Below, in pieces: positions 32,393-43,898 of a DNA stretch of 64,000 nucleotides. Made by a program: the position numbers and the translations under genes. Source of the DNA: Obrimoposthia wandeli (lineage: Eukaryota); contig CDROCS010001760.1 of assembly GCA_977020255.1 (NCBI GenBank), positions 1 to 64,000 of the forward strand. Direction: 5' to 3'. Within the stretch, counting starts at the first letter, position 1; each line of letters opens with the position of its first letter. The notes under the pieces are model-generated. The model saw only the letters and a list, made by a program, of their open reading frames with translations. It did no database searches and was not told the origin of the DNA.

Positions 32393-33541
32393 ATGGCTTG
32401 GAATGAACCGGGGAATAGTGATAAAGATCCCTGGAAAAATAAAGGTGGCAAAAACCAAGGTCCACCTGACTTAGATGATTTATTAAAAGATATCGGCAAC
32501 AAGTTTGGCGGTATTTTCGGTGGCAAAAAATCAGGAGGCGACTCTGGAAAGAACTTTTCTAGTATCGGCGTCATGATATTGCTTGTTGTCGCAATTTTGG
32601 TTTATGCCTTTAATGGCTTCTATACCATTAAAGAGGCTGAAAAAGGTATCGTTTTACGCTTTGGTCAATATGCTGGTATGGTTGAACCTGGCTTAAGCTG
32701 GAAATGGACTTTTGTCGACCGCATTATTCCCGTTGATATGCAAACGACACGTAACCTTCCTTCGTCAGGCTTTATGCTAACGAAAGATGAGAACGTTGTG
32801 CGTGTTGAAATGGAAATTCAATATCGTGTTAATGATGCGCGTAACTACGTTTTTAGTGTTACTAATGCCGATGAAAGTTTAAGTGAATCACTTGATAGTG
32901 CTTTACGTTACGTTGTTGGTCACGCAAAAATGGATGACATTTTGACTAGCGGTCGTGAAGAAGTGCGTCAATCGGTATGGCAAGAGCTAGAAAAAATCAT
33001 TGAACCTTATCAATTAGGTTTAATGATTGTCGACGTCAACTTTAAAGATGCTCGTCCTCCTGAAGAAGTAAAAGACGCTTTTGATGATGCTATTGCAGCA
33101 CAAGAAGATGAAGTACGTTTTTTACGTGAAGCTGAAGCTTATGCCAGAGGTATTGAACCTCGTGCTCGTGGCCGTGTGAAACGTTTAGAACAAGAAGCAT
33201 TGGCATATAAAGCGCAAATTTTACTTGATGCAGAAGGTGATGTTGCTCGTTTCAATAAATTGCTACCTGAATATCAAGCGGCGCCAGAAGTGACTCGTCA
33301 ACGTATGTATTTAACGTCGATGGAAAAAGTCTACAGCAACACCAGCAAAGTTATGGTTGATGTTGATGGTGGCAATAACATGATTTACTTACCATTAGAT
33401 AAAATTATGCAACAGCAATCTGACGGTCAACGTGTTATTCAGCAGACAGCTCCGGCAATAAATCAATCGTCAAACAGCGGCAATAACAGTTCACCAACAT
33501 TATCTGGTCGAAATGATCGTTTCAATAATGGGAGAGGCTAA
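32393..33541 (+). CDS. hflK: FtsH modulator HflK
   Basis: MAWNEPG...QGPPDLDD; SPFH domain. Confidence 0.97.
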   Translation: MAWNEPGNSDKDPWKNKGGKNQGPPDLDDLLKDIGNKFGGIFGGKKSGGDSGKNFSSIGVMILLVVAILVYAFNGFYTIKEAEKGIVLRFGQYAGMVEPGLSWKWTFVDRIIPVDMQTTRNLPSSGFMLTKDENVVRVEMEIQYRVNDARNYVFSVTNADESLSESLDSALRYVVGHAKMDDILTSGREEVRQSVWQELEKIIEPYQLGLMIVDVNFKDARPPEEVKDAFDDAIAAQEDEVRFLREAEAYARGIEPRARGRVKRLEQEALAYKAQILLDAEGDVARFNKLLPEYQAAPEVTRQRMYLTSMEKVYSNTSKVMVDVDGGNNMIYLPLDKIMQQQSDGQRVIQQTAPAINQSSNSGNNSSPTLSGRNDRFNNGRG

Positions 33542-33544
33542 GTC

Positions 33545-34429
33545 ATGAAGAATTTTTTATTGGCCATAGTTGCCTTAGTATTTGTGCTGACGGTTTCTTC
33601 TGTATTTGTTATTTCTGAAGGCCAACGCGGTATAGTGTTCCAGTTCTCGAAAATTAAGCGTGACGGTGACACGAACGACATGAAAGTGTATAAGCCCGGT
33701 TTACACTTTAAATTTCCATTTATTAACACGGTACGCAGAATTGATGCACGTATCCAAACACTAGATGAAGCTCCAGATCGTTTCGTAACATCTGAGAAGA
33801 AAGATTTAATGGTCGACTCATTTGTTAAGTGGCGCATTGTTGACTTTTCAACATTCTACTTACGTACCTCAGGTTCAATTGAGAATGCTCGTGCTTTACT
33901 TAAACAGAAAGTAAATAATGGTTTACGTACTGAAATTGGTACCAGAACGATTAAAGAAATTGTTTCTGGTGATCGTGATGACATCATGGCAAAAGCATTA
34001 GAAAGTGCTGAAAGTAGCCGTGAAGATTTAGGTATTGAAGTGATTGATGTTCGTATTAAAGCGATTAACCTTCCAACAGAAGTGAGTAATTCAATATACG
34101 AACGTATGCGCGCTGAACGTACTGCTGTGGCTAAAGAGCATCGCTCACAAGGTCAAGAGCAATCTGAAATCATTCGTGCAACTATTGATGCTAAAGTTAC
34201 TGTTATGTTAGCGACAGCACAAAAGAGTGCACAAGAAATTCGTGGTGAAGGTGATGCCTTAGCAGCGAAAGTTTATGCAGATTCATACAGCCAAGACGCT
34301 GAGTTCTATAACTTCTTTCGTAGCTTAGAAGCGTACGAGAGCAGCTTTAGCTCTAAAAGCGATATCTTAGTAGTTAAACCTGATAGTGACTTCTTTAATT
34401 ACCTAAAAGATGGTAAAAAAGCGAAGTAA
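33545..34429 (+). CDS. hflC: FtsH modulator HflC
   Basis: PGLHFKFPF, RFVTSEKKDL.VDS, RMRAER. Confidence 0.97.
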   Translation: MKNFLLAIVALVFVLTVSSVFVISEGQRGIVFQFSKIKRDGDTNDMKVYKPGLHFKFPFINTVRRIDARIQTLDEAPDRFVTSEKKDLMVDSFVKWRIVDFSTFYLRTSGSIENARALLKQKVNNGLRTEIGTRTIKEIVSGDRDDIMAKALESAESSREDLGIEVIDVRIKAINLPTEVSNSIYERMRAERTAVAKEHRSQGQEQSEIIRATIDAKVTVMLATAQKSAQEIRGEGDALAAKVYADSYSQDAEFYNFFRSLEAYESSFSSKSDILVVKPDSDFFNYLKDGKKAK

Positions 34430-34452
34430 TACTACACGTTAAACCGTTACTG

Positions 34453-34481
34453 AAAAGCCATGACATTGTCATGGCTTTTTT
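34453..34481 (+). terminator. Intrinsic terminator after hflC
   Basis: AAAAGCCATGAC-ATT-GTCATGGCTTTTTT. Confidence 0.82.
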
Positions 34482-34500
34482 ATTTCTATAAGGACGAAAA

Positions 34501-34686
34501 ATGCTGTCAACATTATTACTAGCGCTCGCGATTGCGCTGATCATTGAGGGGCTTATCCCCGCACTTTTTCCTAATAAGTGGCGTGCTTATGTGTTAAAAA
34601 TAGCGAATGAACCTGTGGCTGTTATTCGTCAAATCGGTATTTTCTTAGTCTTAATCGGCTTAATACTCGTTTGGTTGCTAAATTAA
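34501..34686 (+). CDS. yjeT: DUF2065 family small membrane protein
   Basis: LIIEGLIPALFPNKWR; conserved position between hflC and purA. Confidence 0.85.
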   Translation: MLSTLLLALAIALIIEGLIPALFPNKWRAYVLKIANEPVAVIRQIGIFLVLIGLILVWLLN

Positions 34687-34791
34687 TTACTTTGCTAACT
34701 CTTCACTACCAATAGCTTTTTTTTTATCGCGCTAAAAATCGACAATTATTGCTTGGACTCAATATTGATATTTGATAGAATCCCCGCCTAA

Positions 34792-36111
<1,320 letters not shown>

Positions 36112-36141
36112 CTAAATTTTCACTGTTTTAATTTCTTTTTT

Positions 36142-36168
36142 AAAAACCACCTTTTAGGTGGTTTTTTT
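36142..36168 (+). terminator. Intrinsic terminator after purA
   Basis: AAAAACCACCT-TTT-AGGTGGTTTTTTT. Confidence 0.85.
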
Positions 36169-36671
36169 ATGTCTAAAATTGATTGATTATTCAAGACCAG
36201 GCTAATCAAAACTTATCACCAATTCCCGAAGAAAATCGACACGATCCGTGTTTACACTAATGTATACGTTAATCTTGTTATAAATAATATTAACTGAACA
36301 GCGGCTAAATTCTGCTATCTGCGATGAAATGATCCAAAGATGAATAGTTTTATAAGTAAAACAGTCGTTTTAAACTAAAGTTTTATAGTTAAACATGGCA
36401 AGGGGCAATAATCGCTCTCAATGCTTATTTTTCAATGAATACTTAACGCATTATGCTGAATATTCAGCTAAGTAATGTGATATATGAAACTGCTAAGGCT
36501 ATATTATTTATAGCTTGTAGCGAATTAATATATATAAAACAGCTTGAAATTAGCAGCCGCATTGCAATAACATATAAAACAATGATAATGAATATAAACA
36601 CCATGAATTGTTGCAGGTGCAACATTTAATAAAAATAACTTACGCGTACCACTCACCGATTAGGAACAGAT

Positions 36672-37913
36672 ATGACAGATTTTCGCCAACAAGCACTTGA
36701 TTATCACGCTTACCCGACTCCAGGGAAAATAAGTGTTGAACTAACTACCCCAGCTGAAACGAGTGAAGATCTCTCACTGGCTTATAGTCCAGGTGTTGCT
36801 GAGCCTGTACGTGCTATTGCAGAAAATCCTGATGATGTTTACAAATATACTGGCAAAGGTAATACCGTTGCGGTGATCACCAATGGTACGGCTATTTTAG
36901 GCTTAGGCAATTTAGGGCCAATGGCCGCTAAACCGGTAATGGAAGGTAAAGCTTTATTATTCAAGCGTTTTGCGGGTATTAACTCTTTTGATATTGAAGT
37001 TAAGCATAAAACTGTTGAAGACTTCGTAAATACTGTAGCGAATATCGCAGATAGCTTTGGTGGCATTAACTTAGAAGATATTAAAGCACCAGAGTGTTTT
37101 GCGATTGAAAAAGCCTTGATTGAACGCTGTAAAGTGCCGGTATTTCATGATGATCAACACGGTACCGCTATCGTAACAGCGGCCGGTATGATTAATGCCC
37201 TAGAAATTCAGGGTAAAGAACTTCGCCATGCTAATATTGTTTGTATGGGTGCAGGTGCTGCAGCAATTGCTTGCATGGAATTGTTGATTAAATGTGGCGC
37301 GCAGCGTGAAAAAATTTACATGCTTGACACTAAAGGTGTTATTCACACCCGTCGTGATGATCTTAATGAATACAAAAAATTATTCGCCAACAACACCGAT
37401 AAACGTACATTAGAAGAAGCTATTGATGGCGCTGACGTGTTTGTTGGTGTTTCTGGCCCTAATGTACTATCAGCAGCAAATGTAAAACTGATGGCCCCTA
37501 AGCCAGTCATTTTTGCTTGTTCAAATCCTGATCCAGAAATTAAACCTGAACTCGCACTGGCAACACGCGATGACTTAATCATTGCGACGGGCCGCTCAGA
37601 CTACCCGAATCAAGTAAACAACGTATTGTGTTTCCCATTTATTTTCCGTGGCGCTCTAGATGTACGCGCACGTACGATTAATGACGAAATGAAAATTGCT
37701 GCTGTACATGCCATTCGTACATTAGCAAAAGAAAAAGTACCCGCTGAAGTGCTAGCGGCGAGTGGCAGTAACAGCTTAAGTTTTGGTAGAGATTATATTA
37801 TTCCTAAGCCAATGGATTCGCGTTTGCGCTCAGCTGTCGCTATTGCCGTAGCTCAAGCTGCGGTTGACTCAGGCGTAGCAGCATTACCTATGCCAGAGAA
37901 TTACCAAGGTTAA
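36672..37913 (+). CDS. Malic enzyme, short form without PTA domain
   Basis: LSLAYSPGVA, KPVMEGKALLFK, NLEDIKAPECF, FHDDQHGTA, GAGAAA, NQVNNVLCFP. Confidence 0.93.
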   Translation: MTDFRQQALDYHAYPTPGKISVELTTPAETSEDLSLAYSPGVAEPVRAIAENPDDVYKYTGKGNTVAVITNGTAILGLGNLGPMAAKPVMEGKALLFKRFAGINSFDIEVKHKTVEDFVNTVANIADSFGGINLEDIKAPECFAIEKALIERCKVPVFHDDQHGTAIVTAAGMINALEIQGKELRHANIVCMGAGAAAIACMELLIKCGAQREKIYMLDTKGVIHTRRDDLNEYKKLFANNTDKRTLEEAIDGADVFVGVSGPNVLSAANVKLMAPKPVIFACSNPDPEIKPELALATRDDLIIATGRSDYPNQVNNVLCFPFIFRGALDVRARTINDEMKIAAVHAIRTLAKEKVPAEVLAASGSNSLSFGRDYIIPKPMDSRLRSAVAIAVAQAAVDSGVAALPMPENYQG

Positions 37914-37959
37914 TATAAGGCTAAAAGTTAAGCTGAAATAGCTGTACGATGACCATTAT

Positions 37960-37989
37960 AAAAAGGGAAGCTAACAGCTTCCCTTTTTT
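37960..37989 (+). terminator. Intrinsic terminator after malic enzyme gene
   Basis: AAAAAGGGAAGCT-AAC-AGCTTCCCTTTTTT. Confidence 0.85.
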
Positions 37990-38191
37990 GCTGCATTAAA
38001 TCAGCACCTACCTTTTATAATTTTTTATCTAATCCTTTGAAAATAAATGATATTCCATGCTACCTTGTGCAGTGTTTAATTTTATCTCAGAGTTTCGAGC
38101 TGAGCATAGACAAAACTGCTTAAGTTAAAATTCATTGAAATTGCCCGCTTAAGCGAGATAAAGCTATTTTATTTGCGAAGAAGGAAATGCG

Positions 38192-38893
38192 GTGAAAGTA
38201 TCACTTCAACAGATTACAAAAGAAAACTACGAAGCCGTGTGTGAACTCGATGTTACAAAAGCACAAGAAGATTTTGTCGCGTGCAATATGTGGTCATTAG
38301 TTGAATCAAGCTACAATGAAGGTTATGAAACAAGAGCTATCTATACCCAAACCACTTGAAGATGCAGTTTCAGAGCTAAGCTAGGAAATCAGGTCAAGGC
38401 GCAGCACGAAGACAATGGTTATTCCCTTATCAAGTGCTGCAACGCGGAGCTGGTTTTCTAGCTTAGCTCCCTTCGGGCAAGGCGATAAAGGGTCATCTCC
38501 GGCGTTATTGATTTCGACAATGGAACAACCATTCTCTTCAATCAATGCCTTGGTGCTAACCCTTTCTCGACTTGCTGAATCCTGCATCTTCAAGTGGCTT
38601 GGGTATATAGCAATGAAGAGCCTGTCGGTTTTTTTATGTGGGTAAAAGAATCGACCTGTAAAATGTCTATTTGGCGCTTTATGATAGATCAAAAGCATCA
38701 ACAAAAATCCATTGGCCGTACTGCACTAGATTTAGCTTTGCTGGAAATAAAGCAAGTCGCGGGTATAAAAGAAATTGAAATTTGTTACAACCCGATCAAT
38801 CCGGTAGCCAAAAACTTTTATGCTAGTTTTGGCTTTGTCGAAGTCGGCATGGACGAAGATGATGAAGACATGCTTGCTGTTATTAAACTTTAG
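38192..38893 (+). pseudogene. GNAT N-acetyltransferase (polyamine acetyltransferase-like) interrupted by a MITE
   Basis: Removing 38344-38607 restores MKVSLQQITKENYEAVCELDV...TRAIYSNEEPVGF...WRFMIDQKHQQKSIG...NFYASFGF; the inserted allele stops at TGA after ...AIYTQTT. Confidence 0.9.
38342..38607 (-). mobile_element. ERIC-like MITE family A, copy 2 (262 bp plus TA duplication)
   Basis: TA|TACCCAAACCACTTGAAGATGCAG ... CTGCATCTTCAAGTGGCTTGGGTA|TA; differs from copy 3 at 2 positions. Confidence 0.97.
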
Positions 38894-38934
38894 CGCCATG
38901 ACGACTTAACGTGGACCCCTCTAAAAAATCAATG

Positions 38935-39127
38935 AGCTAATTGAAGATGCTTTCGAGCTACCCGGCGCAGCACGAAGACAATGGTTATTCCCTTTATCGA
39001 GTTGCACAGCTTTTTTGATATGGCGTTATGATTTCGACAATGGAACAACCATTTTCTTCAATCAATGCCTTGGTGCTAGCCCTTTCTCGACTTGCTGAAT
39101 CCTGCGCCTTCAAGTGGCTTGGGTATA
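38935..39127 (-). mobile_element. Divergent, shortened family A MITE with one eroded end
   Basis: About 105 bp at 39020-39127 nearly identical to family A with an intact GGGTATA end; centre replaced; the other end is eroded to AGCTAATTGAAGATGC. Confidence 0.8.
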
Positions 39128-39232
39128 AATACCCGAAATGGCGTTGTTGATATGATGATGTGTCTGCCTGCCTATCAATCAATCAATATAGACATTACGA
39201 TTGCTTTGGTGTTCAATTTAGTGAATAGTGAC

Positions 39233-39273
39233 CACGTTATATCGTGGCTTTAATAAAGCCTCGATATTTCGCG
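39233..39273. promoter_or_regulatory. Pair of palindromic sites upstream of the sigma54 activator gene
   Basis: CACGTTATATCGTG (39233-46) and CTCGATATTTCGCG (39260-73), the same motif as at 40767-40798. Confidence 0.6.
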
Positions 39274-39320
39274 TAACTATTGTCTCTCACTACCTGATAT
39301 TGATGCTGCTAGGACTACTT

Positions 39321-40745
39321 ATGGATAAAGAAATTAAAGCTTATCTCGCTGACTCTGAACTGTTACTTAATGCGGTAGGTGAGGGTATTTACGGTTTAGA
39401 CACGCAAGGGCGTGCTATTTTTGTTAATCCAGCGGCAGAGGCTATGACCGGCTGGTTATGTGAAGAGTTACTAGGAAAAAATATTCACCAATACCATCAT
39501 CATAGCTTCAGTGATGGTGAACCTTACCCTGCCTGTGATTGTAAAATATTCAATACCGCCCTTGATGGCATTTCTCGACAAGTCACTGGTGAGGTGTTTT
39601 GGCGTAAAGATGGCAGTAGCTTCCCTGTTGAATACACAACAAGAGCGGTTTATAAAAAAGATAAAATTATTGGCTCTGTGGCTGTATTTCGTGACGTTAG
39701 TCAGCAGCAACAAGTTGAATTAGCCTTGCGTGCTGCGTTAGAAAATGTGCGGTCGCTAACAGAACAACTGCAAGCAGAAAATACCTACTTGCAAAACGAA
39801 TTAGCGCAAGAATGGTCATCTGCAGGCCTAGTGGGTAACAGCGCAATTATTACCAAAATGCTATCGCAGGTAGAGTTAGTTGCACAAACGGATAGCACCG
39901 TATTGATTTTGGGTGAGAACGGCACAGGTAAAGAGTTGGTGGCTCGTAATATTCATGCCCTAAGTCAACGTAAAAACTCTACTATGGTAAAAGTAAATTG
40001 CGCTGCGTTTACGCCGAGTTTACTGGAGTCTGAACTGTTTGGTCATGAAAAGGGAGCCTTTACCGGTGCGACAGAGCGCCGTAAGGGGCGTTTCGAATTG
40101 GCGAATGACGGCACGCTATTTCTTGATGAAATTGGTGAACTCTCTTTGGAAGCTCAAGGCAAGTTACTGCGTGTTCTACAAGAGCAAGAGTTTGAACGTG
40201 TAGGCGGCAGTGAAACCCTTAAGGTCAATATACGTATTATTGCTGCCACTAATCGTGACCTATCAGCGATGGTTGCAAGTGGTACTTTTAGAATTGATTT
40301 ATTTTATCGCTTAAATGTTTTTCCGGTCACTGTGCCGCCGTTGCGTGATCGAAAAGAAGATATAGCCTTGTTATCACAGGTAATCATTAGCACATTGAAC
40401 AAAAAACTAGGCAAAAATATTAGTGCTATTAGCAATCGTAGTTTAACAAAACTAATGCAATATCAATGGCCTGGTAATATTCGTGAGCTACAAAACTTGC
40501 TTGAACGTGAAATGATTTTAGCAAAATCAACTATCTTAAATTTTGACTTTAAAACCACTTCAAAAGATCTTGTTCCGTCAACGGTAGAAACTTTAGTACA
40601 AGTCGAAGCACGTCATATATTGAGTGCATTAAAATCTTGTAAATGGCGTATTGGTGGTGAGCTTGGCGCAGCAAAGCAGTTGGGGTTACCAGAAAGTACC
40701 TTACGTTCTCGAATGAAAAAACTGCAAATTAACCGTCCAAATTAA
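39321..40745 (+). CDS. PAS-domain sigma54-dependent activator (bEBP) with Fis-type HTH
   Basis: [26 protein letters not shown] (intact GAFTGA), [28 protein letters not shown]; start placed at ATG 39321 after AGGA. Confidence 0.92.
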   Translation: MDKEIKAYLADSELLLNAVGEGIYGLDTQGRAIFVNPAAEAMTGWLCEELLGKNIHQYHHHSFSDGEPYPACDCKIFNTALDGISRQVTGEVFWRKDGSSFPVEYTTRAVYKKDKIIGSVAVFRDVSQQQQVELALRAALENVRSLTEQLQAENTYLQNELAQEWSSAGLVGNSAIITKMLSQVELVAQTDSTVLILGENGTGKELVARNIHALSQRKNSTMVKVNCAAFTPSLLESELFGHEKGAFTGATERRKGRFELANDGTLFLDEIGELSLEAQGKLLRVLQEQEFERVGGSETLKVNIRIIAATNRDLSAMVASGTFRIDLFYRLNVFPVTVPPLRDRKEDIALLSQVIISTLNKKLGKNISAISNRSLTKLMQYQWPGNIRELQNLLEREMILAKSTILNFDFKTTSKDLVPSTVETLVQVEARHILSALKSCKWRIGGELGAAKQLGLPESTLRSRMKKLQINRPN

Positions 40746-40766
40746 GTTTAATTCGTATAGCTTGCC

Positions 40767-40889
40767 CACGATATATCGCGAAGGTGTGATATGTCGTGCT
40801 TTTAACGTGAGTTTATATTTGTAGTGCTTAGCTAAAGTTATTAATAAACAGTATGTTAACTTAATTTTTTACTTGGCTTATATTTTGCT
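40767..40889 (+). promoter_or_regulatory. Enhancer pair plus sigma54 -24/-12 promoter for ccoG
   Basis: CACGATATATCGCG (40767-80), TGTGATATGTCGTG (40785-98), TGGC-N7-TTGCT (40874-89). Confidence 0.75.
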
Positions 40890-40927
40890 ATTCGCAACTA
40901 TCTTAACGTTAGTATTAGCAGTAAAGC

Positions 40928-42307
40928 ATGAAGTTTAATTTTAAAGAAGAAGATTTGATCATCAAGCCGTACAAATCGGAATCTCCAGTCTATGTTCGTA
41001 AACAAAAGGGTGACTATCAACGTATTCGACAATTCACCGGTTTAGCCTTTGTTTTACTATTCTTGTTGATACCTTGGCTGAATTTTCAAGGTAATCAAGC
41101 CGTATTACTCGATATTGGTAAGCAGCAGTTTCATATTTTTTCTTATACCTTTTTCCCACAAGATTTTACTATCTTGGCCGGACTATTAATTGTCAGCTGC
41201 TACTTACTTTTCTTTATCACCACTTGGCTCGGGCGTATTTGGTGTGGCTATACCTGCCCACAAACGGTTTGGACCTTCAGTTTTATTTGGGTCGAAGAAT
41301 GGTTAGAGGGCAGTCGTAATCAGCGTATTAAACGTGATGAGCAACCGATGACCTTGAATACGTTAGCAAGAAAGTCTAGCAAGCATTTTATTTGGGGCTT
41401 AATGGCCTTTCTCACCGCGACAACGTTTATCAGTTACTTTTTACCTGCACGTGAGCTCTACCTAGATTTTCTGCAATGGCAGTGGGATGGTTTAACGGCA
41501 TTTTGGGTGTTATTCTTTGCTGTTTGTACTTACGGTAATGCAGGTTTTTTAAGGGAAAAAATGTGCATTTACATGTGTCCTTATTCTCGCTTTCAATCGG
41601 CAATGTTCGACAAAAATACCATATTAGTTGCCTACGATAAGTTACGTGGTGAAAATCGTGGTCGTCGTAAACGTAAGGAAGATCCGAAAGCGCTTGATCT
41701 CGGTGACTGTGTTGACTGCAACTTATGTGTTGAAGTGTGTCCGGTTGGTATCGATATTCGCAATGGCTTACAGTATGAATGTATTAATTGTGGCGCCTGT
41801 GTTGATGCTTGTGACCAAACTATGACTCACTTTAATTACCCAAAAGGCTTAATTAGTTATACCAGTGAAAACGCTTTAGAAGGTAAAAAAGCGAGATTAC
41901 TACGCCCCAAAATCATTGGCTATGGAATTATGTCGATATTAGCGATGGCGTTTATGGTATTTACGCTGCAAGTGCGAGTACCCATTGAATTTTCAATTTT
42001 GCGAGATCGTGGTGCGTTATTTCAGCTTGATTTTAAAGACAATGTGACCAATAGCTATTTGCTGAAAGTGACCAATAAATCAAAGCTAGATCGTACCTTC
42101 AATATTAGTGTTTTGGAAACAACGGTAGATTTAAGTGTTGACGATAACGTGATGATAAAAGCTGGTGAAATTGCCAATGTACCGGTGCATTTAACCATGA
42201 CACCAGAAAATATTAGCCAACGAGTGACACAAGTCACATTGGTGGTTGCTGTTGATAATTTACCAGACGTTAACGTGGTTAAAGAAACTAAGTTCTTTGC
42301 AAATTAA
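40928..42307 (+). CDS. ccoG: CcoG/FixG-family 4Fe-4S membrane protein (no ccoNOQP nearby)
   Basis: GRIWCGYTCPQTVW, CIYMCPYSRFQS, CVDCNLCVEVCPVGIDIR, CINCGACVDACD. Confidence 0.92.
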   Translation: MKFNFKEEDLIIKPYKSESPVYVRKQKGDYQRIRQFTGLAFVLLFLLIPWLNFQGNQAVLLDIGKQQFHIFSYTFFPQDFTILAGLLIVSCYLLFFITTWLGRIWCGYTCPQTVWTFSFIWVEEWLEGSRNQRIKRDEQPMTLNTLARKSSKHFIWGLMAFLTATTFISYFLPARELYLDFLQWQWDGLTAFWVLFFAVCTYGNAGFLREKMCIYMCPYSRFQSAMFDKNTILVAYDKLRGENRGRRKRKEDPKALDLGDCVDCNLCVEVCPVGIDIRNGLQYECINCGACVDACDQTMTHFNYPKGLISYTSENALEGKKARLLRPKIIGYGIMSILAMAFMVFTLQVRVPIEFSILRDRGALFQLDFKDNVTNSYLLKVTNKSKLDRTFNISVLETTVDLSVDDNVMIKAGEIANVPVHLTMTPENISQRVTQVTLVVAVDNLPDVNVVKETKFFAN

Positions 42308-42333
42308 CTGATTATTTTACTGAGCTATTCTGT

Positions 42334-42360
42334 GAGAGGGCGTTAAGCTGACGCTTTCTC
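42334..42360 (+). terminator. Hairpin after ccoG, possible terminator
   Basis: GAGAGGGCGT-TAAGCTG-ACGCTTTCTC (with G-U pairs); no clear U tract. Confidence 0.45.
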
Positions 42361-42384
42361 ACTTCTTCTCACTTCTTCTCACTT
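42356..42384. repeat. Short tandem repeat (TTCTCACTTC) x3
   Basis: Three direct 10-bp units, the last one 9 bp. Confidence 0.85.
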
Positions 42385-42489
42385 ACGTAGTCTAGCCAAT
42401 GATATTCAAGTTAAATAAGCGTAAGCAATACATTTTAATGACAGAAATACGCTAAAATAGCGTTTTTATCTGAACAATGAAGGCAAACA

Positions 42490-42921
42490 ATGACTGACGA
42501 GAAAAGCAAGTCCAATCCGATTAAGCAGCGCATAGCCAATATTGCTCTTGTGGTAGAGAATTACGATGATGCCATTGAATTTTATATTCAAAAACTCAAT
42601 TTCGAACTGATTGAAGATACCGATTTAGGTGGCGGAAAGCGTTGGGTACAAATATCGCCTCCTAACTCAAACGGCACCAACATATTACTTGCTAAAGCCA
42701 GTAATGATATGCAAAAGCAATCAGTAGGCAATCAAACGGGCGGCCGGGTATTTTTATTTTTACAAACCAATGACTTTTGGCGTGATTATCAAGCCATGAG
42801 TAACCAAGGTGTCGAGTTCTGCGAAGAACCGCGCGTTGAAGAATATGGCACAGTTGTCGTATTTAAAGATTTATATGGCACAAAGTGGGATTTACTTCAG
42901 TTTAATGATGCACAGTGGTAA
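42490..42921 (+). CDS. VOC/glyoxalase family protein
   Basis: IALVVENYDDAIEFY, KRWVQISPP, EPRVEEYGTVVVFKDLYGTKWDL. Confidence 0.9.
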   Translation: MTDEKSKSNPIKQRIANIALVVENYDDAIEFYIQKLNFELIEDTDLGGGKRWVQISPPNSNGTNILLAKASNDMQKQSVGNQTGGRVFLFLQTNDFWRDYQAMSNQGVEFCEEPRVEEYGTVVVFKDLYGTKWDLLQFNDAQW

Positions 42922-42992
42922 TTTGTCAGCGTGAAAGAGGCGTTTGATGCGCCTTTGACGCAAATCGTTTTTATGCCGAAATGCACTTAACA

Positions 42993-43199
42993 TTAGATTT
43001 TAATAAAGTAGGGAATAGCGACTAAAATCACGCCAACAATGAGTAACATCGCGACACTCGACATGAAGTAAGGAAATACAAAAAGCGACAAACCAACGCA
43101 CAAGGGCACAATCGCTCGTTGCTTTTTACCATAGAGAAAATAGCCGATACCGATACCGCCAAACAAAACACTCCAAAGCATTATTGATGAACTATTCAT
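42993..43199 (-). CDS. Small hydrophobic membrane protein
   Basis: 68 aa, 2-3 hydrophobic segments, LFGGIGIGYFLYGKKQ. Confidence 0.7.
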   Translation of the reverse strand: MNSSSIMLWSVLFGGIGIGYFLYGKKQRAIVPLCVGLSLFVFPYFMSSVAMLLIVGVILVAIPYFIKI

Positions 43200-43374
43200 T
43201 TGTATACCACCGTTCGTGTTTACGCCCTTATCATCTACTATACAGTTTTTGAGAATAGTTAGAATATTTTCGTAATTGATTCTTTATGTTTTGGCTATTT
43301 AGCTGTTATGCAGCTATTTCAGTAGGCTTGTGTATGGCAGTTTTTATTTTATTGTTCTTCCCGTTTTCTAAGAT

Positions 43375-43401
43375 AAAAAAAAGGCGCCTTAAGCGCCTTT
43401 T
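43375..43401 (-). terminator. Intrinsic terminator after metJ
   Basis: AAGGCGC-CTTAA-GCGCCTT with an A run that gives a U tail on the minus strand. Confidence 0.8.
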
Positions 43402-43431
43402 GTCATTTATAAACCAGAGTTTTATATCGTT

Positions 43432-43764
43432 CTAATCTTCAATTTCAGCTTCGTATTCACTAAAGTCAGTGATGCCTTGTGCTTCTAAAGCTCTGCGCAC
43501 ACTAGCTGGTAATTTTTGGGTGTTGTCTTTTGCTAAGTCACCATCGTCTGGCAATGGTTGGCCAGTAAAAGCATGTAAAAATGCTTCACATAATAGTTCA
43601 CTGTTGGTGGCATGACGCAAGTTATTCACTTGGCGACGTGTACGTTCATCAGTTAGCACCTTTAAAACACGTAAAGGGATAGACACGGTGATCTTTTTTA
43701 CTTGTTCACTTTTCTTCCCGTGTTCGGCGTATGGGTTAATATACTCGCCATTCCACTCTGCCAT
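43432..43764 (-). CDS. metJ: Methionine repressor MetJ
   Basis: [30 protein letters not shown]...[23 protein letters not shown]. Confidence 0.99.
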   Translation of the reverse strand: MAEWNGEYINPYAEHGKKSEQVKKITVSIPLRVLKVLTDERTRRQVNNLRHATNSELLCEAFLHAFTGQPLPDDGDLAKDNTQKLPASVRRALEAQGITDFSEYEAEIED

Positions 43765-43898
43765 GAATATTCCTCTATGCTTAATTAATTGCGATAAACT
43801 TATAGCGATTAAACTTATCTGGTAAACCAGTCAGCTATAAGTTTATGCCTACCTGTCAATTTTACTGGTTGTGGGGCGGTAGTCAATAACGAATGTGT

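Noticed and set aside
39100-39130. Outward promoter (TATAAA) from the divergent MITE toward the activator gene
   Set aside because: No -35 and no extended -10 in register.
42356-42384. TTCTCACTTC x3, and the 26-bp and 16-bp duplications, as CRISPR-like arrays
   Set aside because: Units are contiguous with no spacers, and there are no cas genes.
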